Shown: in pieces, positions 1 to 13,900 of the stretch
Layout: each line of letters starts with the position of its first letter
Numbering within the stretch: the stretch's first letter is position 1
Source of the DNA: Antedon mediterranea
Lineage: Eukaryota > Animalia > Echinodermata
Length of the DNA stretch: 64,000 bases
Direction of reading: 5' to 3'
Assembly: GCF_964355755.1 (NCBI RefSeq)
Contig: NC_092677.1
Span: 6,966,101-7,030,100, forward strand
The notes under the pieces: model-generated
Databases searched by the model: none
The model's input: the letters and a program-made list of their open reading frames with translations, nothing else
Told to the model about the DNA's origin: nothing
Position numbers and translations under genes: made by a program

Positions 1-812
1 ATTTACTTTTCTCACAACATACTAGAATAACTTGTATGGCACAAATAGTAATTACTTTTATAAAAGCCAAGCCTCTTGATCGTATCGTATTCATTTTACT
101 ATTTTAAAATGTTTTTTTTAAAACAATTATAGCTTGACTTCCAGAACCTCCAGATTGTCCCCCTGAAAAATAATGTTACACAATCATTAAAAATGTATTT
201 ACCTTTCAAAAAAAAGTATTTAAAGCGATAAATTGGCTGCCATTTCGTCATGTTATTGTTATAAGTGAAAACATTTTATTTCGGGTTTTGTTAGTAGTAG
301 TTTTTATAGTAAACAAACAAATCAAAGTTTCTTTGCGCATGATTGCTGTATTGCAAATAGGCCTACCAGTACAATCGACTTATTATTTAAGACAGATTAC
401 TGAACACTTTGTCTGACTATTTTAATTGAATAATAGGCCGACAATTATTGTTTGATCTTTCTTTCTCTTGGAGGTAAAACACACATTTATTCAGCTAATA
501 GTAAATAAAACAATAAGTGCAAAGACAAATTACTGAATACATGTTGGGTAGTGGAGATACAAATAAAAGTAATAATCATAAATAAAATCCACTATAATAC
601 TAATAATAATGCTTTATAGATATTCAAATATAATTAATACGAATTATAGGTCTATACACCTTTTTTTATTATTAAAATCCCCCTGTTTAAATTATAAAAG
701 GATCCAAGCGGAAACTAAAATCCTATAAGCCTATCCTGGAAACTAAAATTCTTTTATAAATGTATTTATTTGAAATCTGTGTTTGTATGTGTTTCTTATA
801 ATTATTTTCCTA

Positions 813-1070
813 ATGAATTTAAATCAAATATGGGGAAAACTGAAAGATCTCACTGTTTGAGTATGAATTTAAATCAAATATGGGGAAAACTGAAAGATCT
901 CACTGTTTGAGTATGAATTTAAATCAAATATGGGGAAAACTGAAAGATCTCACTGTTTGAGTATGAATTTAAATCAAATATGGGGAAAACTGAAAGATCT
1001 CACTGTTTGAGTATGAATTTAAATCAAATATGGGGAAAACTGAAAGATCTCACTGTTTGAGTATGAATTT
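813..1070. repeat. Perfect tandem repeat, 50-bp unit, 5 copies plus 8 bp
   Basis: Unit ATGAATTTAAATCAAATATGGGGAAAACTGAAAGATCTCACTGTTTGAGT starts at 813, 863, 913, 963 and 1013; the copies are identical with no spacers. Confidence 0.97.
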
Positions 1071-2866
1071 TAGACTTAGTAGGCCTAGAGTTTGCATGCC
1101 CTTGTGCTGTTTTTTTTTCATATTTCTATTTATTTATATACTGTTTTGTAACAGGGGTTTCTACTTATAAGCTGTGCTTCAAAGATGCACCTTTTGTTTT
1201 GTAATGATTTTTTTGGTGTGTTTATGAATGGAAATAAACAAACAAACAATAATAACTCTTCCTTAGCATACAGGAAAATGTGTATTTTAAATGTATTTAT
1301 CATACTTTTGATGAAATATGCCTAATTACTGTTTAAACGTTATGTTTGATTGAATCCCGTTTACTCATGGGGGTATATGGTTTGATTGTTAGTTGAATAG
1401 CACTGCGGAACCGTAAATAATCAAATATCTAGTCTCTGTACTTCCTAAACACTTTGATGATTTTGAATTTACCGACCAAATTGATGGGTTACAAACCACG
1501 ATAGATACAATTGATAGATATGATATTATTCAGGCTGATATGTAGTATGAAATCAGTTAGCTGTATAATGCGTACATCCTATGCGTTCTGGTGTCTTTGA
1601 GTGTCGGCAAACACTTGATAATGTTATGAAAGGCCTTATCATTACACGAACTGTCAGTAAAAAATATGCCTAATGTGTTACAAAGACAACAGAAGAAACG
1701 ATTTCCTCCATGCAAAGACAGACCAGTGGCATTAATAATAATAATAATAAATAAATAATAATGTATTAATTTTTGTGGCAAAAATTCCATAAATATGTTC
1801 AAGTGGTTATTTTGCAGCCAGTAGGGCCTAATCGGTAGAGTTGTTATTTTAACCAGGCTATTCAATTCTACATCTGAGTGGAAAGAGGCAAATTATTACT
1901 AATTGAATAATTAAATAAATACATTTAGTTATTTACAAAGCTAGAATTCTATTGATAATAATTTATTTGAAATATTATGGAAGCTTTGGGAGGTGGCAGA
2001 GAAATTGAACTAATATTAAAAATGAAAATATATAGGCCTAGGCCTTTTTTAAAATATTAATTTGAACTCCTTTATGGTTGTTCAACCCAACGACCAGATC
2101 CGTTTTTAATAGTGGGGAGGGGCGGGGGTATATAACAATGAAATCTCCATTAGGCTGGGGGCCATGGAAGCCTGACTCTTTGAGTAATTTATAGGTGATT
2201 TCTGAACACATAAAAATTACGTCCGGAAGAAAAATCTATTCTTCTTAGATACTGTATTGTCTGAAATTAGGCCTACACGTCATTCGTGTCATAGAAGTCT
2301 TACTTTCTATTTCAACAATTTAATGATTTTGCTGTTGAAAAGTGAGGGAGTGAAGAGTAAAATTACACTCTTGCCTTGTTCAATTTTCTCAAATCAATGA
2401 CTCGCTAATTAGTAATTTTAAATTAAAAAATGAAATCTAATAGGCCGTTGTACTATTTTATTATTTATTTTTGTATGCTATATTTCACACAACATTTATT
2501 TTGTTTTATTTTAAGTTACTACTTGGAGGGATAGAATATCATGATTTCCGGACATTTTGTATGGTTGATCGTTAAAGTTACGGAGATTAACAGTAGTGTG
2601 CTACTGTTGTAAAAGTAAAGTTTCCAATAAATTATTATTGGAACTGTATTGCATTTTTACCTCTCAAATTGTCTTGTACCGTTCGTACGCCCAGGGTGGT
2701 TCAAAACAATGAATTACTAATTAGTCATAAACAAGACATTCAAAGCCATGACCTAGTGAGCATCACCCATGACATAAACCATGTCTTTATTATGCAAATG
2801 AGGCACCCTAAAAGACAGTACTCTTCCCTTCCTGTCGTCCTCACGCGACGCTAATCCCCCTTCAAT

Positions 2867-2902
2867 CATAGAGATATTATAGTGAACTATAATATCTCTA
2901 TG
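2867..2902. mobile_element. 36-bp palindromic transposon remnant (P-element-like footprint) with 7-bp TSD
   Basis: CATAGAGATATTATAGT-GA-ACTATAATATCTCTATG (17-bp arms) flanked by direct repeat CTTCAAT at 2860-2866 and 2903-2909. Confidence 0.7.
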
Positions 2903-3740
2903 CTTCAATCAATCAAAATATTAATCCTTATTGATGGACTACATTAGGATAAATAGTAAATAAATGGGATTAAAATAATAAATTGGATTGAAACAAAAAA
3001 TAATTGGATTAAAATAATATAGCACGCGCCTGTCTACTATAATTCTTGATTCGGTATTTAGCCGAATAAGTTGATTTCACCAGCACAGTTACCAATAACT
3101 TTGGAACTAAAATGAAAATCGAATCGAAATTACTACTGCTACTAGTGCAATAAAAACATATACAATTGAATATTTATTTATATACGTAAAACATACTATG
3201 TTGAAATAAAAAAAAAATTTAGCAACAAACTTAATTATCATTTAAGATTTAATGTACAAAAATTATTATTATTATTATTTATTCAGGAAAAAGGTACATT
3301 TTAAAAAATTAAACAAACCTGACGTAAGAACAAAATATATCATAGTCACTAGCTGCCAGCAAAACACAAAAGCAGCCTAAGCTACCTCCAATCAATGACT
3401 ATTAAATAAGTATTAAAAATAATATAAATAACATAGATGATAATTGAATCAAAGTTTAAATCTAAGATTAATTAAGAATTACTAAGTTTATAGTTAAGTA
3501 ATGATGCGAATCAAACATATTTAATACAGTTTTGATCTTAACAATAATGCTATGTTCATGGTGGCCAGCAGTGTTTCATGCATGGATGAGTCTTTAACCA
3601 TGGAAGGGGATTCACATACTTTCTTACAAAGATTGATTTGATTTCAATAACAATGTCCATGTGGAGACAGTAGTAAGAATTCTCATACCTTTATCAAAAT
3701 AATTCCAGTGTGAATGAGGCTTAAGACCCCAATACATGTG

Positions 3741-6700
3741 TTATAAAACAGATTTGTATTTACATGCGAACATTACCCATGTAGCGCAGGCAGACTCAGG
3801 GTATGTGAACACGCGAACACGTACCGCTAACCTCACATGATCTCCACGGCAACAGATGATATCTTCGCAGACTTGTGACCTGCGAAAATTCATAGAAAAT
3901 ATTTTCAAAAACTGAAACATATCAAATATTGATATCTATCTATATAGGCCTATCAAATATCTTCGCAGAAGGAATTTCGTAGACAATGTTTTAATAAAAA
4001 TATGACGTAGCCCATACTTTGACTATTCAAATGGTAAGTTGTGAAAACATAAGTATTTTTTTCATTCAAATAGTAAACGTTTAATTAAAGATTTACTGTC
4101 CTCCAAAATCATGACAAATAACGATTTTTCATGTAAACATTTTTTTCAGGTAAATAATTTTTTTTTCCGATGCAATTTTTTGGACATTACAAGGCCGTAT
4201 TCAACATAAATTTTAAACAAATTGTTTTTTCAGGGAATAATATGTTTTTAAGGTTAACTACAATAAGGCTGTAATTGAGTACTAACTCAACACATTGGTA
4301 AACTGAGTAGGTTTACTTAATAGAAAAACTCAAACTTAAAGCCCAATTAAAATAATATGATAATAGTTGCGATTTTGTATGAAATGGTTTGCGTAAAAAA
4401 AATAATGGTTTGTTACCTTAAACAGGTTGCAAATGCTCTTCTTGCATTTTTGTGAATAAACTGAATTGGGAAGCCCTTAAATGTGTGTCCATCTGGTACC
4501 GACCTCCTAATGGCATGCTGAAACTCTTCATTTCCTGAGCTAACACCAGTCAAACGCTCCTGCTCATAGGCTGCCAGTGCTGGTGTCAATAGGTAGCTGA
4601 GCTGGTCATCCCAGACTGTTGTTAGGCCCAAGTCCTAAATAAATGACATTTTTATTACCTTCACCAAGAAGTTTTGCTTCATGCATGTGTGTTGTTTGTA
4701 TTTGTTATTTTTCTATATTTGTTAGTTAGCAGGATTACTCAAAAAGTTTGAAAAAAACTTATGACCTGTTTTTATTAATGTTCATTTTTCATGTTTTTGG
4801 GAGACAATACATCTTTAAGCTTAGACTAGCTAACATTCATACAAATTTAAAGAACATTATTATTACCTTCCTTTGGTCAGTAACAAACCCTCTAAGCTGA
4901 TATTCAAGATCGTTGCTGGTGAGAGAAGCGTCTGTGATGTTTGGACAGAGAGGTGAATGGTTCGGCCAACTTGGCTGGAGAAGGAGAAACGTTTATTAAC
5001 TTGAGACAATCAGTTACCGAAAAAAAAACACTTGGTCGCACACCTATTATCATTTACGCTATTGTGATTTTTAAAACGGAACTTGCCATGAACACTATAA
5101 AGCGACAAGGACTCTAATATGGGATAATACAGATAACTGTATCAGAGATTCAAGCACCCTTAATATATTTAAGTGTAGATACACTACTTGTTATCAAAGT
5201 ATATATATTCATATCAAGATACAGAATTGAGATATGTAATTTCAGAAATATTATTATCATAAAACATACGCCATTTGTGCACCTTTTCCTGTTTGGTAAT
5301 GTCATGCGCCATTTTGTTTAAGTTCCATTTTAATGTAAAAGTTTTAGTTTCTTTCCGTATTAAGATAAATAAAATATCAAACAACAAAAATATGTAAATA
5401 ATATGAAAGATGACCAAAAGGCTAAAGTATGTAAGTTAGTAAGCAACATACATACTGATTAACGCTATGTTCACCGAGTCCAGAACTGTTAATGCTACCT
5501 TATTTCGGATAATATTCCGAACAAAAAGCATGTGTGCAAGCGTAACATAACCCGGATATTTATCATGCCATTGACCAAATAATTGTGAGTAAACATAGCT
5601 TTTTTCCTGACTAATCGACTCTGTATACTTTGCATAATTTATAATCCTATATATTTTGATATAATTATTATTTAATATCCTTTTATTATAGACAGGTGTG
5701 TCACTCACCAAGTTATCAGCACCACACACAGACTGTAATGCATCAACGCTCATTGCTTTCCAGAGAGTATCATCATGAAGATGAAATCGACATAACTCTA
5801 CTGTATCAGATGGCTATAACGAACAATTAAAAGCATACAGTAAGTCTACATACTGCAGAATTTAACATCAGCCTGGAAAAACTGTCTTCTAATAAGAGGG
5901 TTGTTTAACTATACAATATTATTTTAACGCATTGGCTGCCAGATAAGTTCTGTCACATATGCAAGAATAAGTTATTAAAAACAGAGGGGTGCTACCACAA
6001 TATATATGATTTTATTACTTTCTCTAATAAAACACAAAATAAAATGCAATTATCGTCTAGGTGCGTCTTCTCTGCACTACTCCATGAAGTTGTGAATTTC
6101 TATGATGCATACAGTACATGCAGGGTAACAAAAGCTGTTTTTTTATGAGTATTATCCAGGCACCCTGGACAAAACTGATATGACGTGTAAAATCGTTGCT
6201 GTTTGCCGATATAATAAGAGGCAAACTACAGTAGTCTCTTTCACCGTATGAGATGTTATAACTGCTATCTATAAGTACTGTTTCAAATATAATGCGTATC
6301 AGTGTTACCTGGTTATTTGCATAGAATCGTTGATGGTTGAATACACAGCCTATGGCCCTGTATGGGTACTCAGTTTTGGGATGGTCTACAGCTGGTGGGT
6401 CATCCGGGTCAATAGACAGGTGTACATATCTTTAAAACAGAGACAATTTTAGTAAAGCTACATAAATTTGTTCCTAAAAATTATTATTGACATATAATTA
6501 TATAGATGTATGTTTGTTTTTATTGCTTATTTGACATTATATAACATCTAAATAAATTTCTGTCATTTGATTCGACGATTGTGGGTCACGTGGTGTGCAA
6601 AACTACGTACTATTTAATGAATATGTAATAGTTCTTACAGTTGTGTATGAAAAAAAAAATCTTGTCACGTACAAAAAAACAAAAAAAATAGTTCCTCATC

Positions 6701-9700
6701 TACATATGAGCAGCAATCATCAACAACATAACAAGAGATATATAACATAAAACTTTCATATGTTTTTATGTAACTCACCTATGACCTGTTAGGCTTTCCC
6801 AGAAAACAACATCACCATCTGGAGATATTGTCATTACCCATGTGTGTGGAACACTCTTAGCTTTTGTACCTACACACACGTATGCATCTAAACCAAATCC
6901 TAAAAGAAGGCTACATAGTAGGACTACATGGTCCTCACAATCCTAGCGGATTCAACAAAAGTTACTCAAATATTACAAGTTCAGTAATTAATACATTTTT
7001 AAATTTATGTTTTAAATTTCAACTTTATTTATAGAGGGTAACCCTTTCAGCTGGACAAATTAATGCCCTTTTAAATTCCAATAAAATACAGGGAAAAGAT
7101 AAATTACATAACGATAAAATAAAAATAAATTATTTATAAAAATAGGTTATAACATAATATACAATTTAGTTTATAAAATCGGCCTAAAAAATTATTATTT
7201 AATCAAATTAACTTTGCAAGTTTTTGACTTTGTTTTGCACAGAAAATAAAGAATAGAATCCATAGAAATATTAGCTTTCATGAAAAACAGGTAGTATTTA
7301 AAAACAATTAAAGTGCAAGTATTTCACAGAAATATGATAATTTAAACCACTACAAAGTAGCTCAGGCTTAAAGAGAACAGGGGTTTGAAGCACCCACCCT
7401 TGTACTTCAGAGTAGGGTATACCATTTGACTCAATTACTTCCATGACACAAAGCTTTTTTAAAATCCTGAAAGAAAAATACATATTTAATGAATAAAAAT
7501 ACCTATATCTTACCCCTTTATTTTTACAAAAAAATGTATGTAAATTACACCAGAGTTCCTGTTGACTACCACCACCCAGTGATGGCGCTTTTTCATAACC
7601 TATGACGCTAACAAACCGAGCAGCCTGACGTGTTGTGTCAAGGAGTCGACCAGCACGCAGTGGTTTAACAAAAGCACAGACAGGTCGATTTATGGCATTT
7701 TCATCCTGTGAAAAATGTATAGATTTTAATACCAATTGAAAAACAGTAGGCCTACAGTAAATGCACAAATAAGGTACAGTCAAATGTTGATATAAATTTT
7801 GTGGTACACCACGTATATTAGTTCTGAAAAGAACTGTTGAGTTTCTCAACGTTTCGATCAATATGCTTTGATTGTCCTAGCAATGTGTAATAGGATGTAA
7901 ATACACAATTTAAACTTGGCATGGAAATTAACTAACCTGTGCAAATATCTTCACTAGTCTATGTTGGTGCGTCTCTCTTATTTGTAGATATTCTCGCCAC
8001 CACTGTTTTGCATACACTAAGAACAGCCTTTCTCTTTCTGCTTGTCGATTCTTCTCCAAATCAATCTATGGCAGAAAAAAAAAAGTTAATATGTTGCTGT
8101 TCATAAAGAAATCCTTATGCACATGGAAAAATCATTGGCTGATTTACCTGTGTGGAAATGACATCTCTGGCAAGCTTCTGACTTGGTGTTGGAATTAATT
8201 CTATTCTGATCTGGAGCATCCCAACAGGAACCTTGTTTTCACTACCTAAGAAAATTACGTAAAATAGTATTTTATTATGCAGTCAACTCATTTACTGAAA
8301 ACCATAATTGTCTTAAGGAAGGCTGCGTTAGGTGGCTAAGGAACTCAACTGAAGGAACGCAAGTGCAAGTTGGTGAACAACTACTATTCAGTTTTGTGAG
8401 TGCTTTTGTCAACATGAAACAGATTGAAACCATCTGCAGTTACCCATACCACACTCGACTCAAAGTTGTGTTCAATTAGTAGCAACTCAATTGCATTTGT
8501 GTCAAATATTTTACATAAACTGTGTGTTACATATTGAGTTCTTTGTTGTCCTAAGTTACTATCTACAAGCTTTGGAACATTTTGAGTCAGCTCAAATCAA
8601 CCTATTCTTACCTACACCCATAATTTCAACAGCCATAGTGGTGCGAGCATCATTGGCCGACAAAACTGATCTCCACTCCAGGTAGTGTGAGGAAACCAAA
8701 CTAGTATTACCCGAACTGTCTGTCTTTATCAACACAAGGTGAATAGGATCACTCATAGAAAGCATTGAGGTACAGTCAGCCATCTTGTTGGCATCTCCTG
8801 ATAAAAAAAATATTTGTAAAAAAACTGTTATTTTCTTGTTTTTTACTGTTCAATTTTAATTTATTAGCTACTGATGCCATCAAGGGAAAATATCCGCATA
8901 AACAGGCAAAATAATATAAATACATAATAGAAAAACTAATTTAAATAATACAATTATTTACAATTCAGTGAATCTGGAAGGGCAGAAAAGGGGTTAATAT
9001 GGACCTTATAGTACCCCTTTCACACCAAAACTCCGGAGTGTCACACCAAACAGCGGGGCGTCAACAGCGGGGCGTCAACTCCGGGGTGTCTCCGGAGTTT
9101 TGCTTTTGGTGTGAAAGGGGTACTAGTGAGAGAGGTAATGGTGAAGGGTAGAGATCTTGGTTGTAGTTAGTTTCTATAACATAATGGATTGATTTGTTAA
9201 TACTGTATTTAATTTTGTTTTGTAACCAAATGAAACAGATATAATGTATAGAATTTGAAGAGAAAGGTTAAATTACTGAATAAAACTTAAAAAGCTTTAC
9301 TGCCAATATTTTGCTATAAAAATTAAAAGTGTTTATTAACCTCCTCTGTCTTTGTGTAACTCAAGCAGAAATCCTTCTTGAAAATCAGGTTCACAGGCAC
9401 AGGGAACTGGACGGGATTTGAACCTCTGCCCACGGAAGTTAATGTGCAGGGTGAAAGTTGATGTGACTTGACCAGGTACAGGTTGTGGTTCTTGAAGATG
9501 TTCGAGAAACGCTTTGCCACCCAGAACCTGCAAGTACAAATTACGGCGTGTTGGGTCAACATTACCTGAAATAAAAAAAATAAACACATTTTTTGTTTGT
9601 ATAGTTTTTTAATTACAAAAGATAGTTTAAACATACAAAATGTTTTCTCTTGTTGTGTACAAATCTCACCTTTTCGTAAAGGTACACTTTCTGTTTTCTC

Positions 9701-10381
9701 ATTTTTATTAACATAGTGAGTAGCTGGTTTAGGCTGTTGACTGCTGTATCGTTCCTGTTCAGGATTCTGGCCGATTTGTAATTGTTGTAGTATGTCATCA
9801 ACGATGCCTTTTTCTCGGAGTGCTGTTAATAGTTCTTGCTCACCAAATGCATTCCTGTCCGATGCACCAGAGTCGTGGATGGATTCTGAGAGAACTTGAC
9901 GAATTCTTGAATGAACATCCATCTAAGCATAAATAACAAACAAAAACAAATATATTAGGCCTATATAGGCCTATACAAATTACATAAAATTTCTATTTAA
10001 ATTTAATAACAAAAATTGTATGAAATTTCCAAAGTAAAAATATTCGGATAAAAACACAGAAAGCTAGACCCGGCCCATTCCATATCATCTGGCCTAATAT
10101 ATAAATTAGCTAGTAGGCCCAAACTAATCTACATAGCCTACTATGGGCCTAGCCTAGGCTAAGATTAGATAGGCCTAGCATGCGCCCGCCTGGCTGGACG
10201 GGATAGGCGACAAAACGATCCTATGCCTTGGCCTGCTTAAAACAATCTACAATTTCTTAAATTTTAAAGTCATTATTCTTAAATTTACAAGGGAAATAAT
10301 ACAGTAATGTGTCTTGACCTGACTTAATTGATTATGTATAATCTGTTTTAATTCGGCGACTTTTTCGGGTGGCAAAGCCAT
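3741..10381 (-). CDS. CEP76: Centrosomal protein of 76 kDa, 13 coding exons, ~666 aa
   Basis: Exons 10381-10319, 9922-9670, 9565-9341, 8797-8612, 8245-8148, 8065-7937, 7705-7514, 6942-6779, 6429-6309, 5813-5709, 4974-4867, 4634-4417, 3879-3741. All GT-AG, phases consistent, total 2001 nt. Motifs MALPPEKVAELKQIIHNQLSQ, RRNLYLQVLGGKAFLEHL, GDCEDH and ...WVMFACKYKSVL* match CEP76. Confidence 0.95.
9011..9123. mobile_element. MITE in a CEP76 intron, TA-flanked
   Basis: Perfect 20-bp TIR GTACCCCTTTCACACCAAAA / TTTTGGTGTGAAAGGGGTAC with TA on both sides; internal duplicated AACAGCGGGGCGTC. Confidence 0.85.
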
Positions 10382-10937
10382 CTTTTTTTGTTTTTTATTA
10401 TTTTTAGTTTCGAAAATTGCGGGTTTATTTACGCATGTGTGGTCAACCTTGACACAAAACTCAGTCAGCCATGACCAACCATACAACACGGCAAGGATCC
10501 GGCTTTAAAAAGTGATGATGTGTAGGTATTTTTACTTGAAACTTCTATGGAGTTAGTATACTCTACTTTGATTTTAATGTTATTGTTCATTATTCTGTGG
10601 TTTTATGTGTGTGTGTTTATCTAGGCTTCATGCCGTGTGTATGTGTCAAATGGTGGGCCTTGTTATTCTGGCCACCACCATATAGGGGAATCCCACCATA
10701 GCATGCAGAACACACAGACAGTGGTTGGTGGGGCTGGTCTCTATTTTATTAGGTTATACAGTACCTGTACCGTATGTAGTTCTCTCCAGTGTGAAGTCCA
10801 TCATATCAAGCTTGGAATAGGATTTCATTTTATTAGTTTAGATTGATCTAAATTCAACAAGCCAATAAATAAGATACAAGATCAATCAATGGTCAAAAGC
10901 GGCTCAAATTCATTGCAATTGTATATCGTAACGTAAT

Positions 10938-13900
10938 TAGGTTATATGCATTATCATGCATATAACCTCTTGATTCTGTCAAAATCTTTATTTGTTTATT
11001 TATTCTTTCCTTAGCACTATTTTGTCCGTGAATTATCTTGATATCAGTTTCATCTAGCTAAGTCAATTTTTCAGAGTATATTCCTTATGGCCAGGAATCG
11101 ATGTGGTTATGTTTTCACGGTGCGCAATCAAACATTACGTGGTCTACGCGCGATTTAATGAAATCACGTTTGTAATCATATCTTCACAAGCATGAATCAT
11201 TTTTAAACAAAATTTGGTACTCATAAATTTCAGGTCATATTTCATCATATGGCAATACAATTACGTGCGTAGCGCATATAACGCATGCGTATGCGCGCTT
11301 AAAATGTTCAAAATTGTCAGAATTTATTTTCGATGAAATTAGAGTACGTTTCAGGCAATTTTAAGCGTTAAAAAAATTACCATGAGTGCGCAGATTTTTG
11401 CACGCGCACTGCGCGTCAAACGTTAATGCGCACTTTTTTTGTCCGATTACTGTTGTATAACCTTTCTTTAATAATATCATCATATTTTATTCACTTTTCA
11501 ACGCGAAACAGCTTTATACGAGCACGTCTAAAGTGACAGTCTACGCACGTGTAAGTTAAAGACCCCTTCCCTGCAATTTTGGACGTTTTTTGGAAAATAA
11601 TACATATATATCACTTTAAAAACATTAAACCATGTCATTCCTTGTCTTAAATGTACGTTTTATGGTAAATTATGATAAAAAGTGAGAAACAATGCACTAC
11701 CTAAGTAGCTCGCGGCGATCGACCTCTCGTGGACGGTCTCAGGCCTAGCCTAGCTAGGCTTAGTTTTGTAGGCCTAGCTGGTAAACATCGGTAACGTACG
11801 AACATCGTACGCTAGCTATATACCTAGCCTGACGTTGTATAGTTGCTGCATTAATTGTCTTTCTATTTTTGCCAGACTCCGTTGATACAAATTGGGGAAA
11901 ACCCGGTATTTTCGCTGAAAAGTTAGGAGTCTTCCATTTGTTTTGGCTTCACGATCGATCGAAAAGTGGGCGAATTACAGGTGAAAAACAACAATATCAA
12001 TCCGCGCGCAATGCATTTTGGGATTTATAGCGGGCCGCTATAATTATTAAAATCGATTTATTTTTCACATTTTTAACCGTTTAAAGACGAAAAAAGTTAT
12101 CGCAATAGGACCATATAGTATTATTTTTACATTAAATATAGTTTGTGATCTTAAATTAGATAGTAGGGAATGGGGCTTTAACAAAATGGTGAAAATATGC
12201 TAAATTTTAAAATTAATATATATCGTTAGAATGCTCGGGAACACCTATTTTTTATTTCATTTTCTTGAAGTGTATGTATCATATGTATGATTTATTATGA
12301 AATTAGGAGAAAAAAAGTTGATTAAGTCATCATTAATGGCATATTAAATTTAAAAAAATTAATTATGACAATCAATCAAATTATAACATTTTCTTAGGCC
12401 GAAATAACAAACTTAACATTAACTTTCTTCCTTAAGAAGTTCATATATTAAAGTTAAAAGTATATAGTTTGACAGTGCATCATTTTTAAAAATTTTTAAA
12501 GATGTCATCATAGTAAAACATTATAATTCATTGCGGTATGTAATAATCTATCTGCACCAAAGTGGTTACTGCATAGTAAATACACAGAGGAATCTTTCCA
12601 TAACTTTAGTCAGTTGTGTATGGCTCGATGGTCTTTGCTCGTGTCTATGGCATTCAAGGTACCGAGATAGAGTCTCACCTTGAGAAACGAAATAAGATTT
12701 TTTTTTTATTATCTGTATTGTTTGTTCAAATTTATTTCTTAGTGTATAGATTATACACATGATTTATAATGAAATCTAGATAAAAAGTAACTTATGTCTT
12801 TATTAATATATGTAACAACAAATGTGGTTTATGACATTATACGCAGAGGGATCTTTGATCGGATTGTGATACCGGCTATTGTATTCACGTTAGCAAGGTC
12901 CTATCATATATTATAAATAATTTAAGATTCTGAGAAAAACAATCAATCAATATATCTTTAAAAAATCAATTATCTTTATTTAAATCAATGCATATAACCT
13001 ATAATTCGTCATAGTGACGAATTAAATCTAGTTTATTTATTTATTCTTTCCTTAGCACTATTTTGTCCGTGCATTATCTTGGCATCAGTTTAATCTAGCT
13101 AAGTCAAGTTTTCAGAGTATATTCCTCATGGCCAGGAATCGATGTGGTTATATTTTCACGATGCGTAATCAAAAATTACGCGGTCTATGCACGATTTTAC
13201 GAAATCACGTTTGTAATCATATCTTCACAAGCATGAATCACAATTAAACAAAATTTGGTACTCATAAATTTCAGGTCATATTTCATCATATGGCAATAAA
13301 ATTACGTGCGTAGCGCATATAACGCTTGCGTACGCGCGCTTAAAATGTTCAAAATTGTCAAAATTTATTTTCGATGAAATTAGAGTACGTTTCAGGCAAT
13401 TTTAAGCGTTTAAAAAATGCCATGAGTGCGCAGATTTTTGCACGCGCACTGCGCGTTAAACGTTATTGCGCACTCTTTTTGCCCGATTTCTGTTTTACAA
13501 TCTTTCTTTAATAATATCATCATATTTGATTCAGGTTTCAACTCGAAATTGCGTTATACGAGCACGTCAAAAGTGACTGGCTACGCACGTATAAGTTAAC
13601 AAAATGGTGAAAATATGCTAAATTTTAAAATTAATATATATCGTCAGAATGCAGGGGAACACCTATTTTTTATTTCATTTTCTTGAAGTGTATGTATCAT
13701 ATGTATGATTTATTATCAAATAAAGAGAACAAAAGTTGATTAAGTCATCATTAATTGCATATTAAATAAAAAAAAAATAATTTCGACAATCAAACAAATT
13801 CTGACATTTTCTTAGGCCAAAATAACAAACTTAACATTAACTTTCTTCCTTCAAAAATTCATATATTAAAGTTAAAAGTATGTAGTTTGACAGTGCATCA

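Noticed and set aside
813-1070. CRISPR-like array
   Set aside because: Units are contiguous and identical with no spacers; eukaryotic context and no cas genes.
1557-1865. 102-aa ORF
   Set aside because: Crosses an (ATA)n tract, has no recognisable domain and no supporting splice structure.
7298-7861. 187-aa ORF as an independent gene
   Set aside because: Only 7514-7705 is a CEP76 exon; the rest is intronic read-through.
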